From Oopsacas minuta (lineage: Eukaryota > Animalia > Porifera), in assembly GCA_024704765.1 (NCBI GenBank), contig JAKMXF010000301.1, positions 155,807 through 219,806 on the forward strand: a DNA stretch of 64,000 nucleotides, read 5' to 3'. This document shows positions 12,091-27,498 of this stretch, piece after piece. Made by a program: the position numbers and the translations under genes. Numbering within the stretch: position 1 is the stretch's first letter; the number at the start of each line of letters is the position of its first letter. The notes beneath the pieces are model-generated. The model had not been told where the DNA came from. It ran no database searches and saw only the letters and a program-made list of their open reading frames with translations.

Positions 12091-12799
12091 GACTATGAAT
12101 GTTGCACTTCTTCCGAAATCTGGTAATGAGAGGAAGACACGACAACTTAGGTTCAAGGGACACGAATTGAATGAATGGAAGATCAATTAATAATCAATTA
12201 CCAATAAACAGAAAATGTGAGGTAGCATGAAATCAATGGATTCAACTAAGATGCAAATGTTTGTGTAAAATACGAAAATGGTATTCGATTTTGGATCCGT
12301 TGTGTTTTGTTGTTGTAAATTTTATTCATGTAAAATAGCAAGCAGCCTTTGGACACAATCTTTGGGCATGCTGTAAAACTGAATTTGGGTACTCTAGTTT
12401 CTCCACTTCAATGAAATAACGAGACTGTGACCTCACGTATTTGTACACCACATCCCTTTATTTTTCGATGCATCATGCTCGATCAACCAAACGGCGATGC
12501 AAAGAACGATCTTCTAGTATAATACTATCAACTTGATTTGAAGATGAGCTATTCCACTTAAATAAAGTGTTTTTACGGTGGAAATTATTGTATTATTGAC
12601 GCCCTACCCTCGATAAACACAAGATTTAAGAAGTTAGGAAATATCATCAGGATAATTTGCAAAAGCCTTAAAGACGAAGTTGATAAAAAATTTTATCCAC
12701 GAACACACGACTACTAAATATGCATGACCTGGTGGCTACTGAAGCAAGATATCTTGTGTAGAACAAGATTTGATACTCCTTACCTAGACATTCAACAAC

Positions 12800-14350
12800 C
12801 GAGCGACCAACATCTATACAAAAAATGATTGTGTTTGATAACACATGCAAATATTTTGATGATATGAAGTCGTACACAGTATCAGAGTTTCATTCCATAA
12901 TAGAAACACTTGGAAATGACAAATACTCAAATAAAATGACCAAATTTAGGTAAAGGGGAAGTACTATAACACATCGCAGCTGGTGAAGAAACAATGTGAG
13001 AGAAATTGAATTATACTGGACATAGATGAAATTTTTTATGAGAACTGGTATCATGAAAAACTAACTTATCTAAAGAGACAAAGCTTATAAGAAAACAGCT
13101 GCAAACCTTTCAAAAGAAGCCATTAAGAACCACGAATATGAATTTTCTTCATACCCTTCAGTCGACGGGATTATTTGTAAGAAAACATGGATGTACATGA
13201 TACACAGAGTAGTCATTAACGACCCCGGTTCGGCGTAACTCTTTCAAATTTATTATGCCGCTCCAATTTGGACTTGCTAATGCCAGTGACAACCGTTTCT
13301 CATCCAAATAGTTGAGCACTTTGCTGTCTAGGCTTTGTTTTTCAATAAGTTATCATGTTGTAAGAATGTTGGTTTTTCTAAATCTCATGTACCTTATTAA
13401 TTAATAACATATCATCAACATTGCACATCTTATTTGTTATAACTATTCCTTTTCAAGGACAGTAGGGGAACTTCCTATAAAAATAATATCAAAGTATAGT
13501 TCAAAGATCAATTAATTTATTCAAATATGTGATTCGGTACAAGCATAAAATCATGAAGCATGGTGCTATCGACGAGATTATACATCCAGACGGACCGTCT
13601 TTCTTACACTTAGTTACAGATAATACATCACGATCTTCTACAGTCGATGGTACAAATACCCACCATGACATAAATTCCATCGCGATTGCGATAGTTTATC
13701 CAGATGTACTTATTGGAAGGAGTAAAATTCCAAGCAAAAAAAGAATAGATCACAGCAACATAAAATTAATTGTCTAGTAAACTTAAGCAATTCACAATTG
13801 ATCGACGTGCTGTTATTTTGACAAGAATCGAATGAATATTTCTTCATTCAACTATTTTAATGAATATGTATCCCCTCCCTGAAATACTGTATGTTGGATC
13901 ATTCACTTCTCTAGTTGTTTATTTGTTCTTTGGTATAGTTCACATTTCAAAAACATCCGGAATAATCTGATTAGTGCTCGTTTCTTTCAGTTTCCCAAAA
14001 ACAAATACAACTTCAAGAAATAGCCTATTGTTCCAGCGGGTGATGTATTTTGGTCTAACCTTCAGAAGGTTACGACGCAGACCTATCTCTTAATTTCCAT
14101 GTTAAAAAAGCTCCATCGTTACACTACCATGCATTTCAAAAAATCAAAACAATCCGTTTCACTTGCTCTAGCTATTAGTGAAATAAAACTTCATCTGCAA
14201 TGACGAATATCTTAAGGATAAAGACAGTGGAACTCCAGCATTTTTAGAGCTCATAAATATGTGGTGGCTGCTTGCCAATTCAAAAGAACGTTATCATCCA
14301 GGTAAATTTGGAAATGCTATGACACTAGATACACTGAAAGATAAATTTAT
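12800..14350 (+). pseudogene. Remnant of an unclassified transposase-like protein
   Basis: Fragments FIMPLQFGLA..RFSSK*LSTLLSRLCFS and HLVTDNTSRSSTVDGTNTHH resemble a DN.D..T.DG..T.H motif I recall from repetitive invertebrate hypothetical proteins. Superfamily not assigned. Confidence 0.4.
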
Positions 14351-17300
14351 CCTTCTCTTAGAAATGAATAAATGGCTAATTACTTGGAAGCATTCTAAGA
14401 AAATGGGCCTCCCAAACAAACACATTTGAAACTGTACTAAATACGTACAAATGCTGCTATTGCTGATCTAGCAGATGACTTAGTATGCGTATATGTGATT
14501 ATGTTTATGTTTGCCGTCATCATTAAATAGCAGCTAACCACAATACTGAAGACTGCAAAAGTTTTCCAGATTGATTCACCACACCCAATTACCCCATATT
14601 CAGTGAAATTTGTAGCTTTCAAACGTAGGTTTCCCCGCTGGTGGAAAAGTAAAAACTGCCCTCTCTTTTTTTATTTAATTCCTCGGCTGGTTCCGATCTG
14701 TAGTATAGAGTAGTCTATACCGCATCATATATCGTTCTGAGAACGAAGTTTGGCAAAACTAGCTCCGCGGTTAATATGTAAAGCACGTTTTGCCTTCGTC
14801 AGAATGTGAAACTAGTTTTAAATGTCGTACATGAATCTACAGTATCTGCTCTAAGTATTCAAAATTGCCAAAATCGTGTAATTAATAAAGCTACACTTCA
14901 GATTTCTTTGAATTATCTCTTCTCAGTAGTAAAATGTACAACGGAAAATGGTCCATACAAGCATGTTCGTTTATATGATCGACCCGCTCAACCATTCAGT
15001 TTTAACGACAATCGCTTTTCCTTCTTAGATCGTATAGAATGCCTAATTCATCAATCAGCAGGATTTCAGTATAGACTACTTGAGCTTACTAATCATGATG
15101 GTCTGAAATATCTCTCTCAGCTTGAATTGAATTCAATAATCACTGTTTTCGAAGGAAATGCAGAATTGATGAGGAAATTCTTTGAAGGACCAGCTCTACA
15201 GAATCAATTGGATCTTGGGTATTCTGTTGATGGTAGATGTTAGAGAGAACAATGCCCCTCTTGCAAGTTTAATAGGTCATCTATTCTTTACAAACTTGAA
15301 TTCACTGAAGCAGCTTATGAGTTTATCTATTGGATCTTCATGGGAGGGAGTGGCTTTCAAAGCGATTTTGAAACTATTTACGTTCCTCTTACCGTAGGAC
15401 ATATACGTTCTATGGAAAGGCGTATCCCCGTGCTATTTGTGGTCACTATATATTTGAATCAGCTGTTCTCTCACTGGTATTAGGAGCATTTTGGAGTAAT
15501 TTGAACGTTGAAGAACAAAAGGCCCTAAGAATTGGGTGTTTTAGAGACTAATAATCATGACATAAGTAATACTGCTGTTGAATTGGTTACATTGCCAAAG
15601 AAAGTAAGACACAACTTTCAATTGCATGTCATACATCAGTTCTATGGTTAAACTACGCTCCATATGTTTTCATTGTACAAGAGTTCGTACGCGCAGAGCG
15701 GACGAACAACTGGCCATTACAGTTTTCTGCAACTTAAAGCTTGTTAAATCTATTCGCTTTTATAGGATATAATAATTATGTGGACACCTGCCGTCATTAT
15801 CTCCAGGCAATAACTGCATTGGAAAAATCACCCAGATTTCTATCAAGAGTTCATGTCGGACAATCACACCATCAAGCGCACTAACAATAAATTGGTAGGT
15901 ATAATGGACTGATTCATCCATAGACCAAATTTTGATAAAGTCATTCAAAGGGTAGGAGTTCCATTGACAAAGGAATTACTGGAGAATGTCTTAAGCGCAT
16001 GGATTTAAATGTGTGCAGAACTTGATGGCCATTGTTGTTGTAGAGAGAATTCGAAAATAAATTTGCCCCAAACTACTACAATTGCGAGCTATGACCCGAC
16101 CTAATTGTAATAAGTAAAAGATGCTATTATGCTGGCACACAAAAAAACACAGCTAAATAATTCGTTATCGACAAAGTTGACACACTAGAACCTGCATCTA
16201 CCTAAATCACTACTAGGTGGCTCGGCTGTAAGAAAAATGAAAAGTTTAATGAGATCCACAAAAGATACCAGCCACCCAAATCGGTCTTTAATGTTTCACA
16301 GACAGTACAGATAAACGATCTCCTTTCTTGTACATTTGAAAGGAATGTAGCTTGTCAAATTATGCGTACCAAGAAAATTTTGTGATACCATGCGGTGAGG
16401 TTTGAGATGAAATATCTCAAGAATATTTCTTGTCATAGTGATCGATTTAAGGTATTATGTGTCGCGGAACAGATCTCCATCCGACTAGTGAATTCACTGA
16501 CAGAGAAGTGACTTTAAGCTTGGAAAACAAGTATAGGTAATTAGGACTTAAGTTAGGAGAGTAGGGGGATGATCAAGTTTTTACATCCTCATTTCATAGA
16601 TGTATGCGGCGATCTGTTTAGAACATCAAGATGTATTATCGGGTATGGGAAGCATATAATATGTTTGTAGGATCATTTGAATATTGGAAAAAATGTGTCA
16701 TCCATGGTCACTACAATTACTCTGGAGTGTACTAACTTCATCCGACAAAGTCTTGATATTTTATAGGAAAGATCCCATTGTCAAAATTCTGCAAACGTAT
16801 ATTCGGCATGTTACAGAGCTTCCAAATTAGGCAATTTTGGGAATAATGTGTCTAAACGAATCTGGTGACGTCATTTGGTCGTTAAAGGCAGATGCGGCCC
16901 TCGCCGCACCAATAATTCAGAATTTCTGTTATTATTTATAGTCAGATGTGATGAATGCCCCACCAATACGATGTACCTCGCCGTACAAATAATTTCTTGC
17001 TTCCTACGGCCCTGATTAAGCCAATTGGTACAACAGACTCCACATGTACAACTTCTTCTTCATTCGTAGTGCCGAAATTTAGCAAAATACAACATATATG
17101 CGTCTGAAGTGTGGGATACAGTGTGAGATTTTGTGGGAATAGGTGATCTGACTTGGATATTAACCCAAAATTAATGTGTGCATTCGATTTTAAACTATTT
17201 TCAACCTATAAATATGCTATTATTAGTTCTTAATGAACTTATAACATGTCTAACCTAGTCTCAAGCTTAGGCAATATTTGAGATTTGAAAACCTGAAAAC

Positions 17301-17471
17301 CCCTAATATTTATTCTTCAAACACCCTTGAGATATTACAACATTAATGGATTCTCGGTTATTGAATGGCATTTATCAGTATTCCCATGCATTATGGGATA
17401 AATTTTAGCTCGTTTGCAAACAAATTATATGTAATATTTGTTCTCAAGGATTTTTATCCGTCTATTTATAT

Positions 17472-19624
17472 CAGGGTTGGAAAAAATCGTGATTTTTTAT
17501 TTAAATCAAATTTTTTGATTTAAATCAGATATTTAATTTAGACACTTTTAATATTATTTGAATGCTGGATTTAATGAAACATACAAACTGCTAACTACAA
17601 TACTCTTTAATGTAACAGTAAGAATATAACTTTTTAATTAATTGATAACTATATAATTATCGAAAAATTAACTTGACAAATAGATTATTTATGCGTATTA
17701 AGGAGTTTGTATAAAAATACAAGCTTCCCAGCTTTAACCGTTCCCAACCTGTTCCTCACTTTGGAGTGAACAAAACCAAAGGTTGAAAACATTCGCTCTA
17801 CTCCAACACTTGATGCTAATCCTCCAAGTATCTTGCGACAAAGTACTATAACATCGCTTTCCAGGGCGCTTTCTGAGACTCCCACCATGTAAGGGGAGAG
17901 ATAGTTTTTAAAACTTCTTCTGTAAACATGAATGGCTTGAATGGACCAGCTTCAGCTTTGAAGTTAATCACAGTAGGCAAACATGATGTATAATCCAGAC
18001 TGTATAATTCTAATACTGCATCAACCTCGTCTTTCGACAAATTTATACCCCTGTATCTTGAATCTATTAAGTTAGACAAGTAATGGGCAGCGGTTAGCGC
18101 TTGTTTGTAGCGGTCTTATACTTTATGAGTGACAATAGAGGGCATTAATGAATCCATATCTCTCTTCAGTGCTTTTCAACCTTCAACAGCATCACTCAGT
18201 TTGCAACCGTCACTCTGCACTTTATCAAGAGCGACAGCGATTGGCTTCATCCGTTTTAGATAGTCCTCAGCATTTCTCTTGATGTTAATATTTTGCACTT
18301 TCATGGCGATCGTACCGTTAATAGTGTCGCGATGTTCCTCGTACACTTTGAGGACCATTGTCCAGTTTTCCAAATAGCATTGCAGAGAATCCGCGATAGT
18401 GTTCCAGCGAACTTCTTGTGGTGGTACTAGTTTCTTTCCGACAGCAAATTTATACCATGCAGCTGGGAGATGGGTGTTCCTAAATATTTCACGATCTGAA
18501 CAATGTCTTCCTTCAAGCTTGGAATTTCAATATCTTTGGCCAATAGATTAAGATAGTGAGCAAAACAACCATAGGATATGATGTTTGTATCGGTAGTAAC
18601 ACTATCAGATGTCAGTTGTCGCCGCATTTTGACCATATTTAATGCGTTGTCCGTGATAAAGGTACCTACTTTACAACTGTATCTCTGTACAGTCGATATA
18701 ATAGCAGACGTGGCCACTTCTTGTAGATATTCAGCAGTGTGTGCATGCCTGATGTATCTACCGTTTCGGTAAGATAACTATCCCCATCGGATGTTGTCAC
18801 TGACACGCAGACAACTGGCTCGTTATGGATATTACTCCATCCGTCTAACATCATGGATACATTTTTTCCGTCAAGTTGTTCCTTGCACTGTGATTGCATA
18901 GCAACATAAGCTCGTCGAGTAGTTCATTGCCAACATTGTGTCGATTAGGAGGATGGTATCCAGGACGAAGCATAGCCATTAACTCTAAAAATTCAGGATA
19001 TTCAACAATAGTGAAAGGTGAGTTAGTTGCACAAACAAACCGTGCTATTTGGCGATCAATGGCAGCTTTTTCAGTTGTTGATGTTTGCACAACAAAGTTA
19101 GTCATACTTGACAAGACGGATTTCTGTTTCTTTGCTTGTGATACTAATCATATATCTGCCACACTACGTTTCCTCTGGGAGAGAGCTTGGATTTTCGGAT
19201 TCAAAATGCACAATTCATCATCAGTGGAGTCGATAAATTCAGCACACACATTATAATGTTGCTTTAACCTAGCAACTAGTCCTTGCATCTCCTTCCCACA
19301 CTTCAGGCATGTTGCACGACACCCTGCTTTGCCAACTTCTTTTTTCGTATCAAAATACTTCCATACGTAGTCACCCTTTCGTCCAGTCATAATGACTATG
19401 CATTCACATGCAAGAGATTCCATATTTATATGCAATACATCATAGTAATGACTTAAATAGTTTGTAGCCGTTACTATGATTTAGTAATGGCTTCAATCTA
19501 TTGAAAACAAAGTACCATTCTATTGTTCTCTGAAATCATGACACTATTAGCGAAGGGTCAAAATTTAAATAAATCAAAGATCATCATGTTGATTTTTTGA
19601 AGTGATTTAAATCAAACTACCCCG
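17472..19624 (-). mobile_element. hAT transposon with BED zinc finger (defective)
   Basis: End CAGGGTTGG with a degenerate opposite end, and 8-bp TSD ATTTATAT/ATTTATGT. Minus-strand fragments: VWKYF..CLKC..LKQHYNVC, MLDGWSN, CFAHYLNLL, RW, ASSVGVERMFS. Confidence 0.9.
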
Positions 19625-21972
19625 ATTTATGTCCCGATTTAGGCTTCTTGACCTACATTTTAGGTCCCCGATCTCACAATGCAATATTTGCGAGTTGAAT
19701 AGTCGACAATTTCGCATAGTATATCTTTCTAATTCTCATGCTCATTAATTTCTGGACCCGCCCAAGACGCCCACTTATACTTTTCTTGGCAGTGAATGTA
19801 TGGTGCACACCGGGTACAACTATAGTATTGTGTCGGAAGGTGATTCTCTTTTAAACGACACTAGGGGTTATTTTGAAGTCATAGAACTCGTGGAAAAATG
19901 AACAGACAACTTTAGAACACTAAAATCGGACTAAATTTGACAAAATTATAGTCAATTTACTATATAAGCAAAAGTCTATGGGATATATTGCAATAACTGG
20001 ATAAAGCCAATTTATACTCTATGTGTTGTTTGTATTCACTTTGCTTATGCATACTACTCTCACACGTTCAGCATTACTATGAGTTTGTATTTTATGTTTT
20101 ACAGGAGTAAAATCTTATGGTTTACTGTATGCATTATAACAAATCCTAGTCCGCTTCCAGTAGTATTTGTCCGAAAAATGAAGTGGGAGACGTTCTTAAA
20201 CTTATTATTAAGCCTGGGCATTCTGTATGGGCCCCCAGCACACTCCTAATACTATACTACGTCTATGACTAATCACTATAGTGTCCTTATATCTTTTACC
20301 AGTGCGATGTATCAATTTCTGGCGCGATTTGGGGAACTGAGAATGTTCAGTATTGCGCTCTGGCTTTTCCATTGCAATATAAATTAGCGATAGCTACTCT
20401 ATTCTTCTCCATTTGCCTAGAATATTTAGATCTCCTTTGAATACTTCAAATATATATATTGTACTTATCTCACACTATTCTGTTCAATCAAGTTTTTAAT
20501 AAGGAACTACACTTCATCAAACATATGGGATTGAAATTATTTGCCACCCAGTGTAACATTTTTTAATTAATGTATTTCTAATTCATCAGTATCATTTTAT
20601 GAAGTATCTAATTCAGAATTGAATTCAGTATAGGTATTGTTATTCAAGTTTATCTATAAATAGGGCTGGCTGATATAGAACACTCAAAATTTAGAACTCT
20701 GTTATTCTTGATCCATAATTATTAATACCACAGATTACATCATAGTCCCATTTCCAGAAGTGAAACTAAAATCTGGCGCCATATTTGAAATCTACCGAGT
20801 CGATTTACTATTATGCCATATTTTAACATATATCTTCAGTTTAAGTACCTATTACCTCATAATCGCGATTATGCCACCTGTGTGTGATACCGGCTAAACT
20901 TATAAACCGGACATTTCGAATTATGCTACTATGTGCGATACACACTTCACATAGACAACTTCTTATTCAATAATTATACATTTTATAAAGAATTACTTGA
21001 TAGTTTTAGAGGCTATAATGCCCAGAATTCGAGCGTCCACAGTCCATACAACGTTATCATTATACACGAATTTTTAAATAGTTGGATAGATAGACTTAAT
21101 TTAACGTGGATGCCTGTTCACAGTGTGATAATTCTACATTTACCTCAATACAATATCCAGTAAATGGAGCCAGAAATATATAATCATACAACAACAATTT
21201 CCGCAAAATGATTAGTAAGTACACTAGTAATATCCAAAAGTAAATATGTACTGGCAAAGTTTATTACTAGCCTATCAACTGAAAATTCCAGTGGTCATTA
21301 TTTGAATTGATTAGAGTGAAGGTGTCTGTGTCATAATTATCAACTTTCGAAGGAGTCGGAGTGAGATGTGAATGGATATCACCAGTTAAGGTAGAGGATA
21401 CGAAAAGAAGATCTTTGGACATCTCTGTGATGTTCGTTGGTAAAATCTTTGAGTGGCTCCTACCAATTTTTATCATATTACCTTTACAGGTCAATAATAC
21501 GCCAAATTCATCGCTAGCATTGAACATAGAATCTTTAGCATTGCTTGAATTAATTCTGGGCATTTGAGTGTTTGTTAAGGTATATATATCCAATTTGGGA
21601 TATCACAATTCGTGACCTGCAATTCCGACTTTCAATTTGTGAAATTAATTGGTTGAAGAATCAGTTACTTTTACAGTCACTCATTAGCTTTGATTCAATA
21701 TTCTTTCATTGAGCAACGTACACATTCTACTTATGTTATATCCACTGGAAAATAGGATCTAATATTGATAGGGACCAGAGAAGCACAAGTAAATATATGT
21801 TATAATACATGAAATCAGTTAACACTATTAGCTAGCATAAATTAAATATGTACAGGTACGTATTGATAGGTCTACTCGCAAAAGTACACGCAGTGTTCGC
21901 GTAATGTAGGCGGAACGTACTATATAATATGTAGAATATTTTACTCTGATTGCGAATATAATTTACGTGATA

Positions 21973-22416
21973 ACGAGTGTGAAGTTGGCTGAATATTCGA
22001 CCAGCAGTACTTCAACCATTAATTTGACCAACTTCCCATGGTCAGAATGTAAATATTTTTAGGTCATTCGAAAGAAGAGATACGGACGTTTCTGAAAATA
22101 AATGTATATTTTGTAAACTTTAATTTTTTCTAATAGAAATTGGTGCATCTAACCAGCAGTAGTTCACATAGGAATTTAGTATACTTAAACAAATTATTTT
22201 TTCCTGAAATCATGGGCATGTATTCCTGCTGTATGGACGTTTATGTGTTTAAAATATTATGGTAAATAAGCAAAGATTGTTGAGATATTTACATTTGAAA
22301 ACTGGCTTGTTAGAATCGAGTCTCTATTAGATTTGTACTAAGCACACAAATTTAATGAAACATTCTAATCCATTCTAACTATAGTAACGCATATAGATTA
22401 CTGCAATATCAACTGT
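21973..22416 (+). repeat. Left long TIR of the MULE
   Basis: Reverse complement of 27499-27943 with only a handful of differences. Confidence 0.95.
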
Positions 22417-22848
22417 CTGATGTAATACGAAATGATTTGTGAATCTAAATATAGTTTTATTTATTGGTGAATTGATATTCAGTTCATAAATACGAAAACA
22501 TTGATCAAAATTCACAAAATACATCAGATTATAAGATTTTATGATCCTTGCATAGTCTTGATTTGTTGTGTTACGAGTTGAGTTGATGTATTCAGTTGTG
22601 TACCTCTCAAGTAGGCAGCAGAAGTTTTGAAGCTATAATGACTCACATATATATTCTAGGTAGATCATATTACCTTCACTTTTACTGTCATCAAAGTCTA
22701 TTTCTATCGCCCTCCAATTTACTTTCCAACAATTTACAAATTTCATCGTTATTCTGTTGACATGGGGTTTTTGTATTATTACGAAAAACTGTATTATAGC
22801 TAAGCTACATTTAAGGAATCAAATATTATTAGACCTCTATTGTTGTAC

Positions 22849-23550
22849 CTATACTATAATCTTGTCTAAAATTTCTAAAACAGGTTCATAGTGATTACCT
22901 GTATGTACAATATATATTGATCCATTAGCATTAGCGGGAGGCGAATTCAATACCTCATCAAATGAAGAACCTTTGCCGGAGAATACATTCCAACTATTTC
23001 CTGTCTCTTTCATAAACACCCATATGTCAGTCTTAAATAGAAGCGCTGCTGTAAATAGTTCCAAATCTCCACCCCAAACTCCATTGCCTTTGATGTTTGT
23101 TTATTTATATAATCTATTGTGTTCCTATAAGTATTTGGGTATTTGTTAGTAATAAATTTTCCACATTTTCTTTTAGCGAACTTGACATACTGTCTACAAT
23201 GCATTACGTATTATATGAGAATTGTCTGGCGAACCTGACACGGAATATGCTAAGGAAGAAAATAAGCAGTTCCCATCTCCAGGAATATACTGAGTTCTGC
23301 TAGGTATATAATAATTCAACGGCCTGTTCATTTGACTATTAATATTATTTATTCCTAGACTTACCCTGACATTAAGTAACGTGTTACAAATATCTAACTT
23401 TCCTGTGTAGGAGATGGGATTATAACTTGGAAGATCATAATTTAAAGTGCACCATTCCATTAGATCCAAATCTGTTATAATTTCAACGTTATTAACTGAG
23501 AGGACAACATCTGGGCTCGTGTTTCTTACAGAATCTTTGTCAATATTCAT
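22849..23550 (-). pseudogene. OTU-like protease domain at the C-terminus of the MULE ORF
   Basis: IPGDGNCLFSSLAY, then WGGDLELFTAALLFKTDIWVF and IYIVHTGNHYEPVL; both Cys and His motifs present. Confidence 0.8.
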
Positions 23551-26500
23551 TTTTTTGTGTGGAATTACAAAATCAGACTTTTTTCTCTTATTATTAACTT
23601 TCCCTCCCGTTTTATTTACATTTATTGCTTCAAAAACTTTATCTACCCTACTTAGATTAGGATTGATGTAACTCTGTTGGCATTAACTTCTGCGACACCA
23701 TTTTTCTTTGGAATTTTTTTCATTTTGTATTTCTAATTTCCTTTTCCTACTTTTAAATATGTTGGTAGCCAAAGGATGAAATCCAAAATTAAATGCATCA
23801 ATTCTGCCATTCGCATATTCATACATTGTACGTATAAAATCGCCAGCACTTGGGTTTACCTTCATTTCTAAAATTGGATGTTTGACTATTCTGAACCAAT
23901 TTTCTGCATTTGCATTACTAGCCTTACACAGGTTTTCATTGCTCCTAGACAGTATAATTCCAGTCCAAAGAGGTACAATTGGCATATAATATGTCAGCAG
24001 AAATTCTAAATTTCCAGAGAATAACATGGATTTGATCGATTGCCTTTGTGAATTACATGATCTGTGCAATTAAATTTTCTCAGAGTATAGAAATGTCTAC
24101 CAAATGGTGATTTACAACGATAAGTGGTAGGATTCTCTTTCGTATCAGTATCAAGTTCAAATTCTCCTTCGTTTTCTAACTGTAATTCTATTTTACCCTT
24201 CACTAAATCGTTTAACTCTACTAAACTTGAACTGACAATTTCGGTTGAATGCTCAACTGATAAAACATTACACAGTAATATGAAAAGTCGATTTATTTCT
24301 CTCATCGTAATACTTCTCAAAATTGCAGCAAAGACATGAAGGATTAGTTGTTTTAGAGTTTTATCGATTTTGAATTTTTTGACAAGTTCTGACTCAACTT
24401 ATGCATTAAGTGAGCAGAACATACATGAATTACAGTGAAGACATGCACATCAACCGATCTTTCGTCTGAATTTACATTTCTCCAACAACTCTCTAAATAC
24501 CCTAAAATATTAATTTTATTAAATGCGATACATGTGCTATGAATCAATGCCCAACTGTAATCTATTTCCACTCTTGTTATGAGTATTTCTTTGTGTAGAA
24601 TTAACTTTGAATTCAAGTACCATTTGTTAAGGAAGTGGGTTATCTCAGCAGTTCCTTGGTCCGAACTTATCATTTCTGCTACAGGGATAGGTGTAATGTG
24701 GTAGTCGGGATGTTGTGAGTTAAAGCATAATAATAAATAGATTTGGTGCAAAACTGGAGTTTACGTATAATGGAACCTGTAGCATCCAAATGTAAAACTA
24801 TATCTTTAGTTAAATATTTCAACACCTCTATCTGCCTCTTCATATATAGATGCATAATGAAGGGTTCCTTAACAAAATATTGAATGTAACCAGGTATTGG
24901 CTTTTCACTAAATAAGTTACGATAATATTCTTGAGTGATAGAAATATCTGTAATTAGATCATTAGAAAATCTATTAGATGATATAGCTTCAGTTTTTATC
25001 TGTCTCAAGCATTCTTGAGACCTCAGGTTAGAAAATTACCTCTACAATATTCCATTGAGCTACTTTGACAGTTGAACTGTTTATGAAAAATATTTGTGAC
25101 AGATGTGTGCTGAAGATTTTCTCCATAAATTTTTCACAAACTACCAGATATATGACGTGTATGTACAGTCTCTCCATCAGAATGTTGTAAGGAGAGTAAA
25201 CCACTTACTACATATTGTATTGTGATTGTTTCGTAGTTACAAGCTCGTCAACACAAAACTCAAATTTGTAATAATTATAAAACTTGCATTCAGCAGATGC
25301 TCGAAAGTAGGGCGCATTTATTTTTGGCTGGAAGACTTTTTAAACCAATAATTGTTAAATTTAAGAACACATGCTGGATATATTTTAGATATTTTATTGC
25401 TAACCACAGCTGTCCAATCTCTATTCAACATATCTCTACCTTGTAAATCGATAAAATGAAAACTATCCCATTCACCAATCTCAAGAAGAAATTCTCCATT
25501 GACGTTTGACTCTGGTGTCATAAGAAATACATCAGATTTATCAGATAACGGGGCTATTTGGTCATTAACTGTATTTGAGATAATATTGTTGCATTTGATA
25601 GGATCTTCATCTTCAAAATCCTCATCAACACGAAGATGAGGAGTATTTTTCAGAGCCAGGGGTTGGTGACAATCCGGGGAAATTTCTATTCCGCATATCC
25701 TAGCATTAATGCAATTAGTATAGAGAGCTTTAAATGCCTCAATACCAATACAGGAAAACTGGTCTCGCAATTTGACTACCCAATGAATAAATAAACTCAT
25801 CTGATCTTTGGTCAGAAGCAAGTACTTATTCTCAAACAATATAGTTGATTTACAATCAATTTTATGTAGAACTATCCACATTAACAACATGGCTGTCTGC
25901 TCAATGACTTGATGTTCATACTGACTTTTTGGAAAATTATTTACGAATGAACTACACTGTACAAATTCAATGCTTTCTAATTCCCAAAAACATTCGTAAG
26001 AATTTGGACTCCGATAACGGTAAAAGTTACAACCATCAATCCACAACTGAGCCTGGTGATTGTTGTAATGATAATATTCGACTAAACTACTACTATCATT
26101 ACATCCGCAAAGGTCGATACTGTATTGCTCATCTCTCAAATCATAGTAATGAGATGGGTCTGATGCAGCTGAAGACCAAATTACCATTAGCCTATCATCT
26201 AACAAATCCTGTTCAATTGACTCTCAACATATTCCTTCATGATGATCATGAAAAGAAAACGCAGATTCCAGGCAATGGACAATATCTCGATAAATTGTGG
26301 CAGTTTGAAGAGATGGCAAATCCACTATTGAGAAAGAGTCGAGACTATAACTCACAATCAATGATTTGGTTGTACTTTGTGGAGGTGGTGGACATAGAGA
26401 AAGCGATTTACACGGTATGAAATCTATAGATGGCTGAGGCGAGACTGATAGATCGATTATTCGCTCGAATAACACACGTATATCGTGTGAATTATTTTTC

Positions 26501-27498
26501 CATTTCAAATAAATAGATTTTCGTTGAGCCGGATAATTGCGGCCATGTAGTTTTTTACAAATAATGCCCCAAATAGAATCACTAACGCTAGGACCAACAG
26601 AAAGTGAACTCGCAACCTCTTTGTATGAATTGAAAGTGGATTCGATACACAAAAGCAACAGCTGAAGGTCTCGTGGAGCTAAAAAAGGAACATAAAAATA
26701 CTATATGCGCCGTACTCACCAGAAAACGTGTTAAGATAAATCTAACTTTTGTTATAGCAATTGATAATTACACATCAAGCACGTGTTCCGATGAGACGGA
26801 AATAATTTAAATAGGAAGAAAGGAAGTTACATTTTGAAATATTGATTCCACTTGAAGTAATGAAACTATTTGGTTCCATTGAAGGAGGGTCGAAACGAAA
26901 GTATGATTCTAAATGTGGAGAAAATAATACAATCTTTGATATAGGGAAGAATTTAGATACCTTTTTCCTCGAATAGTAGGTAGCCCTCTTCGAATAATCG
27001 CCCCCCTAAAAGAACCTCGAAATATATAATAGTTCCGGAGTACTATTCGAGAAAAACTGTATATTGAAAATAGACAACAAACCTAAGTCAATAAGACTTG
27101 TATTAGAGTTTGGAATTGTAGAATCGTGAAAGATTTTTTGATGAAAGTGATAAAAATAAAAGAGTTTGTTAATGAATGGATGAAATATAAGACAATATTG
27201 ATACAATTACCAAAGGACTATTTCAAGAGGTTTATACTTCAGTAACAGTGTTTTGTATTTCAAATGGGGAAGTTATCATATGAATATGTATATTAGAATG
27301 ATTTCATGGTACATCTAACATTAGTTGATTAAGTCATTGAAATTTAGCAAATAACTCCGAATTATTCATTTCTACTAGACATTTAAACTTTGATTATTAT
27401 TTAATCTATTTTGGAATATATGGAAAGTAAATGCAATGGCATTAATTGAAAGTATATTCTGATCTTTGAGTAATTCATAATGAGTCAACTGAGATCAA

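Noticed and set aside
14806-17100. Possible host-gene or LRR-like coding fragments
   Set aside because: Short broken frames with no motif I can recognise with confidence.
21267-21593. 108-aa minus-strand ORF as a host exon
   Set aside because: No recognisable domain or supporting neighbouring exons.
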